DNA of 64,000 nt from positions 56,172,001 through 56,236,000 of the forward strand of contig OY740783.1 of NCBI GenBank assembly GCA_963514005.1. Direction: 5' to 3'. How positions within the stretch are numbered: position 1 is the first letter of the stretch; the number at the start of each line of letters is the position of its first letter. The DNA comes from Raja brachyura (taxonomy: Eukaryota). The position numbers were made by a program, and so were the translations under genes. The notes under the pieces were generated by a model, which worked only from the letters and a program-made list of their open reading frames with translations, ran no database searches and was not told the DNA's origin. Below, piece after piece: positions 12,700 to 25,334 of this stretch.

Positions 12700-13205
12700 T
12701 GTTGGTCACCATGCTGTAGGAAAGATGTCAAGCTAGAAAAGGTGAAGAGAAGATTTACAAGAATATTGTCAGGACTCGAGGGCCTGAGCTATAGGGAGAG
12801 GTTGAGCAGGCCAGGATTATGTTCATTGGAGCAAAGGAGGATGAGGAGTGATCTTATAGAGGTGTACAAAATTATGAGAGAAATAGATCGGGTAAATGCA
12901 GTCTTTTGCCCAAAGTAGGGGAATCGAGCCCCAGGGAACATAGGTTTAAGGTGAGGGAGAAAAGATTTAATAGGAACCTGAGGGGTAACTTTTTTTTACA
13001 CAAAGGGTTGGTGGGTATATAGAACGAGCTGCCAGAGGATGTAGTTGAGGCAGGGGCTGTTATAACATTTAAGAGACAATTGGACAGGGTACATGGATAG
13101 CAAAGATTTAGAGGGTTATGGACCAAGTGTGAGCAGATGGGACATGTCGGGTGGCATGGGTAAGTTGGGCTGAAGGGCCTGTTTCCGCGCTGTATGACTC
13201 TAACT
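12700..13205 (+). mobile_element. CR1 LINE 3' fragment
   Basis: gatcttatagaggtgtacaaaattatgaga...gggctgaagggcctgtttccgcgctgtatgactcta tail. Confidence 0.85.
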
Positions 13206-13790
13206 CCTTGACACGTTTATCCTTGTCCTGCTCTTGAATGTACAAATACTGCTGACTTGTTATTGTGGTTCCTATTTGGATAGGTTCATCTGTGATGCAA
13301 GGGTTGTGTGTCAAAGTTGGCAATGCACTCTCTGCTTAGAAGGTGCCGCTGCATTATTTTAATCGACCATCCTGCATTCAGTATAGTGCAATGACTAGAG
13401 TTTCCTGAATATTTCAAAGAAATAAGGCAAATAGCATCAGATCCAAACTGTATGGTTACGAGGAACAACCTTTTATCCCAGTAACATGGGGAAATTTTAC
13501 TAAATAGTTTTTTTATGGCTTGGCTGTGCATACTTGCAGCTGGGGGCCAAATCCTTGCAAATGGGACCTTTGAAGTTTATTTCTTTCAGTCAGCCAAATA
13601 TCAGCTGCCTAGGAGCCTTGCCCAATGGCAGCTTTGGCTCCTGATATGCTACATTTTGTGTCTGCTAATAGTATATGAGAAAAGCACTTCAAAGCTGCTA
13701 TCTATAGTTTATGATTAAATGCTGTTTCTGGTATGTTATTAATCCTGACATTTGCATTTTAATTGCTAATCTTCTGGTGTTTTCAATTGT

Positions 13791-14665
13791 GGGTGGCATA
13801 ATGATGCAGTGGTAGAGTTGCTGCCTTACAGCACCAGAGACCCAGGATCAATCCTGCCTGTGGGTCTATCTGTACAGAGTCTGCATATTCCTCTGTGACC
13901 ACGTGGGTTTTCTCTGGGTGCTCCGGTTTCCTCCCACATTCGAAAGAGGTGCAGGTTTGTCCCTCAAGTGCAGGATACAGTTTAGTTTATTATCACGTGT
14001 ACCGAGGTGCAGTGAAAAGTTTTGTGTGCTATCCAGTCAGCATAAAAACAATAAATGATTACAATTGAGCCATTTACAGTGTATCGATACACGATAAGGG
14101 AATAACGTTTAGTGCAAGGTAAAGCCAGCAAAATCCGATCAAGGATAGTCTGAGGGTCACCAAAGGGGTAGATAGTAGTTCAGCACTACTCTCTGGTAGG
14201 GTTGTGTTGATTCAGTTGCTTGATAACAGCTGGGAAGAAACTTTTCCTGAATCTGGAGGTATGTGTTTTCACACTTCTATCCCTTTTGCCTGATGGGAGA
14301 GGAGAGAAGAAGGAGTGGCCAGTTTGTGATGCATCGTTCATTATACTGCTGGCTTTGCCGAGGCGGCATAAGGTATAAATTGAGTCAATAGAAAGGAGGT
14401 TGGCTTGTGAGATGGTCCACAATTCGTTACAATTTCTTGCGGTCTTGGATCGAGCTGTTTCCAAACCAAGCGGTGATACATCCTGATAGAATGTTTTCTA
14501 TGGTGCATCTGTAGAAGTCGGTGAGAGTTGTAGGAGACGTGTTGAACATCCTAAGCCTTCTACGGAAGCAGAAGCTTTGGTGTGCTTGCGAACTAGTGAT
14601 TGTTGGTCGGCGTTGACGCGGTGGGCCGAAGAGCCTATTTCCACGCTGTATTTCTAAACTAAATT
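13791..14665 (+). mobile_element. V-SINE (13791-13975 and 14589-14665) split by an antisense Rex/Babar-like LINE 3' fragment (13980-14588)
   Basis: SINE head and core precede the insert and the SINE tail gggccgaagagcctatttccacgctgtatttctaaac follows it; insert ORF 14186-14464 has GHSFFSPLPSGKRDRSVKTHTSRFRKSFFP. Confidence 0.8.
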
Positions 14666-14751
14666 AATCTAGGATCTTTTCAATCTGGAAAAAAATCTGA
14701 AATCCACTTAAATTCAAATTGGCATCAATTGACTCATGGATGCATAAAATT

Positions 14752-15120
14752 AGAGTCATAGTGATACTGTGAGGAAACAGGCCCTTCGGCCCAACTCGCC
14801 CACACTGGCCAGCAATGTCCAAGCTGCACTAGTCCCATCTGCCTGGGCTTGGTTCATATCCCTCCAAACGTGTCCTATCCATGTACCTATCTAATTGTTT
14901 CTTAAACGATGGGATAGTCCCAGCCTCAACTACTGCCTCTGGCAGCTTTTTCCATACACCCACCACCTTTGTGTGACAAAGTTATCCCTCTGATTCCTAT
15001 TACATCTTTTCCCCTTCACCTTGAGCCTATGTCCTCTGGTCCTCAATTCCCCTACTCTGGGCAGAAAACTCTGTGCATCTATCCGATCTATTCACCTCAT
15101 GATTTTGTTTACCTCTATAA
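14752..15120 (-). mobile_element. CR1 LINE 3' fragment
   Basis: ggaaacaggcccttcggcccaac tail, homologous to 12850-13205. Confidence 0.82.
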
Positions 15121-16104
15121 AAAATTATTCTGGGAAATCACACACAAAATATCAAAATACATCACTTTCCCTCATTCTCTGTATTACACCCCAAAATAGC
15201 TGTATTTTTATTTTTGTATCTAGACTTTACTTTGTGGGTGTTTTGTTTTCCTATTCTGGTACCATTGAACTTAATTGTAGAATTGTAATATTTAACTCAA
15301 TTCTCTGAAAGGGCACACTCTTATTTGTATCGATATCAGTAAAACAATTAAAAGGCTTCAGTCTATATCACCTCTAGAATCTGTGGTTAAAATAAGTTTG
15401 GAATTAGATTTATTATTATCACCTGTGCTGCAGGACAGTGAAAATGTGTTTTTTACATGTTAGCGATTCAAATCAGATCAGAAATACTATAAATTAATGC
15501 AATCAAGCCAGGCACGTGCACTCGGTAAAACAAAGGGAGAGACACAGAATGCAGAAAACATTTCAACATTCAGTTCCAGAAGCAAAGTCTGACATCTTGG
15601 AAAAAGCTCCATGGTACAGTTTCAAATCAAATGTTTAATGAAAACTTTGTTAGTAGTGGAAAATAAGCATGGTTTAAATGATCAATGGGTAGTAATGTAT
15701 TTTTAAACTGAATCAATAAAAGCCACAGATGATATCTACTCCATTCAGTATTAAATTTACAGTATTTGGTCATGAAAGTTTAGCAAAATTTACAGCTAAG
15801 CCCACCTTGGACAAATTGGGAGAGATTCAGGTAAAACTGTTCTAAACTGTCAGCCATGGTAAAGTGAAATAAACAGTTCTCCCAAGGGATCTTTTGGTTC
15901 GGCAATTACACACATTGAGCAGAATTTCTCACACAGTGAATAGGCTATTCACAAGCACATGGAGAGCTTTCAATTTAAACGTTGGGAGGTTTTCTTTTCT
16001 GAAAATGGGTCAGGAGCACATGAAGCTGATTCTACATATAACATGCTTGAACTGTGTTTATGGGAAAACGTTTGATTGTTGGGTTTTTCAATTTCTACTT
16101 AGTG

Positions 16105-16760
16105 ACAAAATAGACACAGTCCTGGTGCAACTCAATGGTCATCCTCTCTGGAGAACACGAATAAGTGATGTTTCGGATTGGGATCCTTCCTCAGACTGTT
16201 GGGGAGGGAGAAAGTTGGAAGAGAGATGGGGGTAATAGGTTTATACAGATGAGGAGGGTTTTTTAATAGATGGTTAGACAGGTGAAAAGTCAAAAGGTGC
16301 AAGACAAAATGATTGAAGAGTTACGAATTGTGAAGCTAGAGGAAGAAATGTAGGTTAATGGGGAGGGGGAGAGGTGGCTGAAGAAGAATCCCGAACCCAA
16401 AATTTAAGAAAAGACTAGGTTCGAAACATCACATATCCATTTTCTCCAGAAATGCAGCCAGACCTTGCTGAGTTACTTGCCTGCACTACACTTTGTGTAG
16501 GAACGAAACGCAGATGCTGGTATAAACTGAAGATAGACAGACAATGCTGCAGTAACTCAGCGTTTCTGCAGCATCTCTGGAAGGAAGGAATCGGTGACTG
16601 ATGAGTCTGAGATCTGTCTGAAGAAAGGTCTCGACCCAAAACGTCACCCATTCCTTCTCTCCAGAGATCCTGCCTGTCCCGCTGAGTTACTCCAGCATTT
16701 TGTGTCTATCTGCACTTCGTGGCTTTTGTAAACCAGCATCTGTAGTTTCTTGATCTGTGT
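16105..16760. repeat. Cluster of inverted Penelope terminal-repeat fragments with hammerhead-like cores
   Basis: Cores at 16165-16198 (-) and 16616-16650 (+); inverted arms gcagatgctgg...agtaactcagc / gctgagttactccagcattttgtgtct. Confidence 0.75.
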
Positions 16761-17121
16761 TGACTTCTGAATAGAACACAACTTCAATTCTGATATTTGA
16801 AATTAAACATTGAAATTAAACTCATAATATTGGTGAAGTGAGTGACTACCATCTTCACTATTAATTATCGTTATAATTTGACATTTATTTTAGAAAATTC
16901 TTACAACGAAACCAACATGTGTTATAACCAAATCTATTGGCAAGGGCACCATCCTAATTATTCAACACCTCAGTCCTGTGACTGGTACCTATAATTGCTT
17001 ATAAAAAACTGAATAAGACACTTGGGGATATGAATTGGGGTGTTTATTAGGAGTGACCCTTCAATTCAAAAGGGATGTACATTTCAGCGAGTTACTAACA
17101 GCTAGCATCTCTTGTTTGCAG

Positions 17122-17239
17122 TGAGTCACCTTTATGGATTTGGATTAATGGATGCGGAGGCAATGGTGGAAAAAGCACTGCATTGGAAAACAGTTCCAGC
17201 ACAGCACATCTGTATCGAAAATCCAGACAGGCAAAGCAG
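17122..17239 (+). CDS. PCSK5: PCSK5 exon, catalytic/P-domain junction
   Basis: ttgcag|TG ... AG|gtacta; VSHLYGFGLMDAEAMVEKALHWKTVPAQHICIENPDRQS. Confidence 0.96.
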
Positions 17240-18468
17240 GTACTAAATTTCCACAAATAATGTTAGCTAATGTATTTTACAGTTCTGTATTCCAGTAATA
17301 ATATATTTTATTTTTTAGTTGTCTTTGTTTCATTGTTTCCGCGTTTTGTGTGATTTTGTTTTGCCATTATCCTCTTTGTTATTCACTTCAGCCATTACTC
17401 TCATTTGTGTTATACATCTATTTAGATTTATTTTGACCAACAGGTTCATTACTGTAATAGGTGGATGGCGGGTACCTTCTCTGTATTGGAATTGAATTGC
17501 ATTAACCAATTAAATCTATTTTGATTGTATTGAAACAGTAGATATTGTAAAGATGCTTCTTTGAGGTTGAACAACTTTGCACTTTGAACAATAATGCTGA
17601 TTAACAGTGATCTGTATCACTAAACTAAACCTAAATCAACAAATGTCCATTGTAAGCACCAAAAACACACAAAATTAAAATCAAGATGAACAGACACTTT
17701 AAAAGTAAATTCTCAACTGTATAATCCCTGTCAAAATTACTGGAATCTTGAATCCCAGCACAGAATCTATAAAGCAGCATCTTATTTCCCTCGGGTGACA
17801 TGCTGAGCAACCTCAGTGAGACGGAGTTCTGACATAATCAGCATTATGAATCAGTAAGTCTAGGATTTATGTGTTTGATAACACACCTGCAGAGGTCTTG
17901 GACATGCTGCCACTTGAAAGGATAAATGCTGGTGCAAATTGGAATAATTGACAATTCTGTACCCAACTCTGGACTATTACTAAATTTTGAGCCTTAAAAG
18001 GATACAATAATTTGGGAATCTTCATTGAACAGCAGCTCCTCAATGGACTCCAGGAAACAATGTTTTTTTTGCCATTTCTCAGAAGTAGGGCTTTGCTGGC
18101 TCTTAGTTGGAACAGTGTGTAACTAATACCTCATAGCCATCTGTCTCTCACCACCTCAACACTTGAACTAATATTCCCTTAAAAGGTACAATGAACTATT
18201 CTTATTGACAGGTATTCCTGCTCCAATAGCCCACTGCAGATCAGTTTCCCTAACCTCATTTCTCACATTAACTAGACTTGTTTTTGGTTTTGCTAACCTG
18301 CCATAACAGGGGAGTCTTTTAATTCTAAAACACTATTATAACTTCACTGTCCCGTCTATGGAAATGAATACATTGTTTTTTTGTACAATGTATTTTAAAT
18401 ACCCAGACGGACTAAACCATTTCATTCAATTAATTATTTTGGATGTATGCTTTCTGGCTATATTCTGT

Positions 18469-19958
18469 TATAACCATATAACCATATAACAATTACAGCA
18501 CGGAAACAGGCCTTTCTCGGCCCTTCCAGTCTGTGCCGACCATTTATTTTCCCCTAGTCCCATCTACCTGCACTCAGACCATACCCGTCCATTCCCTTCC
18601 CGTCCATATACCTATCCACTTTACTTTTAAATGTTAAAATCGATCCTGCCTCCACCACTTCTGCTGGAAGATTATTCCACACAGCCACCACTCTCTGAGT
18701 AAAGAATTTTCCCCTCATGTTACCCCTAAACTTCTGTCCCTTAATTCTCATGTCATGCCCTCTTGTTTGAATCTTCCCTACCCTCAATGGAAAAAGCTTA
18801 TCCACGTCAACTCTGTCTATCCCTTTCATCATTTAAAAAACCTCAATCAAGTCCCCCCTCAACCTTCTGCGCTCCAAAGAATAAAGACCTAACTTGTTCA
18901 ACGTTTCTCTGTAACTTAGTTGCTGGAACCCAGGCAACATTCTAGTAAATCTCCCCTGTACTCTATTTTGTTGACATCCTTCCTATAATTAGGTGACCAA
19001 AATTGTACACCATACTCCAGAATTGGTCTCACCAATGCCTTGTACAATTTTAACATTACTTCCCTACTCCTATATTCAATGCTCTGATTTATAAAGGCCA
19101 GCACACCAAAAGCTTTCTTTACCACCCTATCCACATGCGATTCCACCTTCAGGGAACTATGCACAGTTATTCCTAGATCCCTCTGTTCCACAGCATTCCT
19201 CAATTCCCTACCATTTACCATGTACGTCCTATTTTGATTTGTCCTGCCAAGATGTAGCACCTCACACTTATCAGCATTAAACTCCATCTGCCATCTTTCA
19301 GCCCACTCTTCCAAATGGCCCAAATCTCTCTGTAGACTTTGAAAATCTACTTCATTATCCACAGCACCACCTATCTTAGTATCATCTGCATACTTATCCA
19401 ATTTTCCACCCCATCATCTAGATCATTGATGTACATGACAAACAACAGTGGACCCAACACAGATCCCTGAGGCACCCCACTGGTCACCGGCTTCCAACCT
19501 GACAAACAGCCATCCACCATTACTCTCTGGCATCTCCCATTCAGCCACTGTTGAATCAATCTTGCTACTCCGCCATTAACACCCAAAGATTGAACCTTCT
19601 TAACCAACCTTCCATGGGGAACCTTGTCAAAGGCCTTACTGAAATCCATATAGACAACATCCACTGCTTTACCCTCATCAATTTCCCTAGTAACCTCTTC
19701 AAAAAATTCAAGGAGGTTTGTCAAACATGACCTTCCAGGCATAAATCCATGTTGACTGTTCTTGATCAGACCCTGTTTGTCCAGATGCTTATATATATAT
19801 ATTATCTCTAAGTATCCTTTCCATTAATTTGCCCACCACTGATGTCAAACTAACAGGTCTATAATTGCTAGGTTTATTCTTTGAACCCTTTTTAAACAAT
19901 GGAACAACATGCGCAGTACGCCAATCCTCCGGCACTATTCCCGTTTCTAATGACATTT
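18469..19958 (-). mobile_element. Young CR1 LINE, 1.5 kb, containing the reverse-transcriptase domain (frameshifted)
   Basis: VYMDFSKAFDKVPH, SGVPQGSVLGPLLF and YADDTK motifs in ORFs 19371-19742 and 18916-19401; (taaccata)n tail. Confidence 0.96.
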
Positions 19959-20410
19959 GCTTGGAGTTATTATAATTGGAGTAATAATTGCTTGGAGTTA
20001 TTATAATTGTGATTTATTAAAAATACATTTTTTGTATTGTTATATGTTCTGATCAATAATAATAAAGAAAATGTCAAATAATTCTTAATATATTTATAAT
20101 TCAGTCGCCTGGAAAAGCAAGTGATTTACTATTCAATGTCATGAATCTAAAATGATAGACATTACATTTCAAATTCCATTCAACTGAAGCATTTTCTGTT
20201 TATTTCATTAAAATTGAAAACTTGTGAACCTTCCCTCGGGCGGCAGTGAAGGGGTTTTCATCAGAAATTGTTGTCACTGCTTTTCTCCAGCATTATTTAA
20301 ATTATGTCCGTCAACAGCAGTCTGAAACTGACCTTGAGTCTGCAATGTTATCACTCCATGCTGACAATTTCCACTTATGCAGTGCTACTGATCTGTTTTT
20401 CCTATTACAG

Positions 20411-20599
20411 AACTATTCGACCTGAACATGCTGTGAGGGCCGTCTACAAAGCCACTGGCTGTTCTGATAACGCAAACCACTATGTGAATTACCTGGAGCA
20501 CATTATTGTCCGGGTTACCATTGCCCACCCACGCCGAGGCGACTTGTCAATATATTTGACCTCTCCATCGGGAACAAAGTCCCAGCTGTTGTCCAACAG
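20411..20599 (+). CDS. PCSK5: PCSK5 exon, P domain with RRGDL motif
   Basis: ttacag|A ... AG|gtaaac; TIRPEHAVRAVYKATGC...YLEHIIVRVTIAHPRRGDLSIYLTSPSGTKSQLLSNR. Confidence 0.97.
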
Positions 20600-21054
20600 G
20601 TAAACTAGACTTCTTGCATTAAGCAGGTTTAATTCAATGATGTGGACCATGTGGTGAGAAATAGGGAAAACAAGGTAAGTGCAAACTACGATAATGGAGT
20701 GAATCTGGCAGCAATCTCTGACGTAATCATATATTCCAGCAGTAAATTCTGGAGAAATCATGTAATTAAGAGTTGAATACCAGAAGTTGGTTTGAGCAAC
20801 TTCCTGCAATATTTGCAGGGATGTTTCTTTGCAGCTGCCTTAAGCAAAATCTGTTGAAACAATAAATTGGCAAGAATTTGAGGTATTCCAAAAAGTATTA
20901 TTTTTCTTTTTTTTAAATGGAATACCCTAAAATTAATGTGTTTTGTTAGATGAGAAATAATTTAATGTAATGGTACTAAGCTATAATTTTTGCATAACAA
21001 CACCTTGTATATGTTTTTAAAGAACAAAACATTATGTATATGGATTTTCATTCA

Positions 21055-21710
21055 GGTGTTGGTGTATTATTGTCACGTACACAGTCACAGTGAATGCTTT
21101 GTTTGGGTGCTATTCAGTCAGGTCATGCTATACATGAGTACAATGAAGTCAAACAAGTACAACAGGTAGTGCAAATTATCAGCAGGATGAATCTGGTGTT
21201 GCAGTATTATAGTATTACAGCTACAGAAAAAAAAAGGCCCAATGCCTGCATTGTGGTAGGTGGGAAGATGGAGATTGCACTAGATTATGGGAGGACTGTA
21301 ATCCGATAACAACACCAAAGTTCCTCAATCCGGTGATTCGTTCTTAAGGTTTTGTATCTTCTGCCCAATGGGAGAAGGAATGAAGAGGGATGACCATGGT
21401 TAAAAAGGTCTTTGCCTAGCTTGGCTACATTCCCAAAGCAGAGTGAAATGCAGATGGAATCGTTGGTGAGGTGGCTGGTCTATGTGATGGATTGGGCTAT
21501 ATCCACAGCAGTCTGCAATGCGCTTCATTTTGCTTCCTGAAGTCAATAACTGGTTCCTTTTCCGACATTGAGAGAGAGGTTGGCTTCACATCATGTTGCT
21601 AAGCTCTCTATTCCCATTCTACACTCCGCCTTTTTATTGTTCAAGATCTAGCCCAGTATCATGTCTTCTGCAAGCTTTTAAATGGATTGGAAGCAGATTT
21701 TGGCTGCACA
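21055..21710 (-). mobile_element. Old Rex/Babar-like LINE fragment
   Basis: tattattgtcacgtacac...gtgaatgc tail and gtatcttctgcccaatgggaga (LPxGR motif region) as in the other Rex-like copies. Confidence 0.55.
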
Positions 21711-21711
21711 A

Positions 21712-21980
21712 TATAACCATATAACCATATAACAATTACATCACGGAAACAGGCCTTCTCGGCCCTTCCAGTCCGTGCCGACCATTATTTTCCCCTAGTC
21801 CCATCTAGTCCAGATCATACCCCTCCATTCCCTTCTCGTCCATATATCTATCCATTTTACTTTTAAATGTTAAAATCGATCCTGCCTCCACCACTTCTGC
21901 AGGAAGATCATTCCACACAGCCACCACTGTCTGAGTAAAAAAGTTCCCCCTTGTGTACCCCTAAACTTCTGTCCCTTAAT
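21712..21980 (-). mobile_element. CR1 LINE 3' end, same young family as 9665 and 18469
   Basis: (taaccata)n tail and near-identical 3' sequence. Confidence 0.9.
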
Positions 21981-22462
21981 ACTCATTCTCATAATTCACA
22001 ATCATGAGTCTATAGAGAGTATAGAGGCTAATAACACATCCTGGTAAGGGCACTGACGTTGAGAATTGTAGTGGAGGATGTTTTGTTGGATATCCTTGTT
22101 GACAGTGGCCAATGGGTCAGGAAGTTGAGGATCCAGTCACAGAGGAGGGAGCTAACTCCAGTATTGTGTTCTGGCAACTTGTGTTCAAAAACAAATTACT
22201 TCAGTGTTTGGGATTGATCCAAATTATTTATCCTGCATTGTTTCTGTAAGATCCCTTGTGTATTCATGGATGTGCTAAGTTATAATACACCTTCAGTGGT
22301 TGAGGAGGGGCTTCGTGGCATAAAAGGAATGCTACACACAAAAAATATCTGCCGCAAGAAATGCAATGCAATAAGAGATTTGATAGACTCTAATGCATGT
22401 AAAATAATTTTACATTGTCTGCATTGGAGAAATGGGTTTGATTGTGGAACAGTAAATACTAT

Positions 22463-23775
22463 GTGTAAGAAGGAACTGCAGATGCTGGTTTTAATCAAAG
22501 ATAGACACAAGCTGGAGTAACTCAGCGGGACAGGCAATTCTCTGGAGAGAAGGAATGGGTGACGTTTCGGGTCGAGACCCTTCTTCAGACTGCTTTGGGA
22601 TAAGGGAAATGAGAGATGTAGATAGTGATGTGGAGAGATAGAGAACATTGAATGAAAGATAAGCAAATAAAATGACGACAATAATGGAAACGGGCTTTTG
22701 TGAGCTGTTTGTAGGGTGAAAATGAGAAGCTAGTGCGTCTTGGGTAGGGGTGGGATAGAGAGAGATGGAATGCCAGGGCTACATGAAGTGAGAAAAATCG
22801 ATACTCATACCACTGGGCTGTAAGCTGCCCAAGTGAAATATGAGTTGCTGCTCCTCCAATTTGAGTTTAGCCTCACTCTAACAATGGAGGAGACCGAGGA
22901 CAGAAAGGTCTGCGTAGGAATGGGAAGGAGAATTAAAGTGTCCAGCAACCAGGTGATCAGGTTGATTCACGTGGGCTGAGCGAAGGTGTTCTGCGAAATG
23001 ATTGCCCAGTCTGCGTTTGGTCTTGCCGATGTATAAGAGGATATAGTAGATGAGATTGGAGGAGGTGCATGTGAACCTCTGCCTAACCTGAAAGGACTGC
23101 CGGGTTCCTGGACAGAATCAAGGGAGGAGGTATCGTGACAGGTGTTGCATCTTCTGCTGTTGCATGGGGAAGGTACCTGGGGAAGAGGTGGTTTGGGTGG
23201 GAAGGGATGAGCTAACTAGGGATTTGCGGAGAGAATGGTCTCTGCGGAAGGTGAAAAGAGGTGGAGATGGGAAAATGTGGATAGTGGTGGGATCCCATTG
23301 GTGGTGACGGAAATTTCAGACAATTATGTGTTGTACGCGATGGCTGATGGGGTGGAAGGTAAGGACTAGGGGACTCTGTTGTGTTTGTGTTGTGACTGGG
23401 GGGAGGGGGAGCGGAAGCAAGGACATAGCTGCAGGGTACCAAGGAGACACAAATGAGTTCCTCATCTATGATGGGAGAGGGGAAGCCCTGTTCTCATAGG
23501 AATGAGGACACATTGGATGTTCTTGTATGGATGCAGATGTGGACACATCTTGGGCGCAGATGTGGCGTAGTTGGAGGAATTGGAAGTGGGGGATAAAGAC
23601 TTTGTAGGAAGCAGGGTGGGAAGAAGTGTAGTCGAGATAGTTGTGGGAGTCAGTGAGTTTGTAATAGACGTTAATCAATAGTCTATGTCTAGTGATGGAG
23701 ACTGTGAGATCAAGAAGGGGGAGGGAGGTGTCGGAGATGGTCCAAGTAAATTTGAGTACAGGATGAAAATTGGTG
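22463..23775 (-). mobile_element. Penelope-like retroelement, 5'-truncated: RT C-terminus, GIY-YIG endonuclease remnant and terminal repeat
   Basis: ORF 23466-23897 NFHPVLKFTWTISDTSLPLLDL...YYKLTDSHNYLDYTSSHP; the minus strand at ~22970-23075 reads FTCTSSNLIY...LYIGKTKRRLGNHFAEHLRS (GIY-YIG). Confidence 0.9.
22558..22592 (-). ncRNA. Minimal type I hammerhead ribozyme motif in the Penelope terminal repeat
   Basis: Minus strand reads cagu-CUGAAGA-A-GGGU-cucg-ACCC-GAAA-C-GUC-acc: full core, stem II and palindromic ACGU mini helix III. Confidence 0.7.
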
Positions 23776-23984
23776 GTGACCGAATGCAGGATTTGCTCCT
23801 GGAGTTGGCTTTGGGATGAGTTCATGATAATTAGTTGGGAGATGATGGATAGCTTTAGAGTGGATTCAGTCAAAGGTTGTTCTACCTCACTGGGCAAGAG
23901 AGGAATCTCAATGGAGTCATTTGACTTGGTGAACTACATTCATCAAATGGATTGGTGGACAGGAGAGGTTTTGTGTAGGGGAAA

Positions 23985-24112
23985 ATCCTGGAGAAAACCC
24001 ATGCGGTCACAGGGGGAATGTGCAAACTCGTACAGGCATCACCCATAGTTAGGATTGAACCCAGGTCTCTGACATTCTAAGACAGCAACTCTACTGCTCC
24101 ACCATTGTGCCA
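23985..24112 (-). mobile_element. V-SINE 5' part
   Basis: Reverse complement of the SINE head (ggcacaatggtggagcagtagagttgctgtc...gacctgggttcaatcc). Confidence 0.75.
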
Positions 24113-25334
24113 TCCTACAGGCATAATGGGGCCAAATGAAGAATCTACTGTACTAAACAAATGTTACTAATTGAGACTGCCTTAGAAAAGCCCCATATAT
24201 CTTGAGAAATATTTACCATTTTATCCATAGACAATCAGTATATTAAATTTTATCACAAACGAAGGACAAAAATACTTTGCAGTTTAACACATGTTTAGTA
24301 TATTATTTGGGAATGTCTACACCAGGATTGCTCTGAAGAAAAATAATCTGTTTCTAGGAACTGGACAGAAACTTTTTATTAACCTGTTTAGTCTGTCTGG
24401 ATTTCTTCTTGAGTTCCTTTTGCCAGCTGATGAGTGTTTGGAGCTATTCCTGAGGGAAAACAGCTGTTTGGTGGATAGTTTGTGTAACATTTGCAGGTGC
24501 AGAACAGTCAAAGGCCTACTACTGTGTTGAAACTGGTCTTGTTAAAAATATTCCACTCCATTAGCACACCGTATACAGGCTGCTTGCGTGCAACTTCACT
24601 TGATCGGAAGCTCTTAATAAATTGAACCCTGCTGGGTGGGTTGTGCAGCCACAGGCATATTGAGCCTGTTGTGTCGACAGCATGACCAATGTGAACAGCC
24701 CTGAGTTGATTGTAAAGTATAACGTAAGTGTAGCTTTTATTCAATTAATATACACAAACTGGCATGGCTTCTGCAAACAGCTGCAAGGAGGAATTGTTCC
24801 AAGACCAATAAGCTTTTACTGTTTATGCAATGTGTTTTATTTCCCAGTATTTTTGCTTACTTAATAATGTAAAGCAAATGCAAAATGTTTAAATGTTATA
24901 TTGTGATCTTTTAGCCTTTTGATGTTTATACAGCATTTGTAGTCTGTTATTAACCTTGACTTTCTCGTCATTCCTCTTTTGGTTTTTTGAATGTTTCCTT
25001 TTCATCGGCCATTGGGATATTAGTACTTCAGAGTGAGGTTGATATCATTGAACATAAGCTAATAGAAATCAAATTATGTTTACTATAAATCTAATATAAC
25101 ACATAATTTGTATATGGTTAAAAGCTTCCGATTGCCAGGTGTGTTTAACTTTGTGCCTTGACTGGAGACTTTGACAACATTGGGAAAATGGCTTAATCTG
25201 AAAAGAACGTTATTAGTTTAAAAATGTGTTAAAAATTAAAATTAAAAGCTTTTCACTATTGTATAGCAGCCTTTTTAAAACTTTGAACCAGCTTCACAAT
25301 GGTCGAAAAAAGTAATAGAAATAAAAGTCATATC

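Noticed and set aside
16595-16615. CTGATGAG hammerhead-like box
   Set aside because: No stem II followed by GAAA in register; it looks like a deletion junction within the fold-back element
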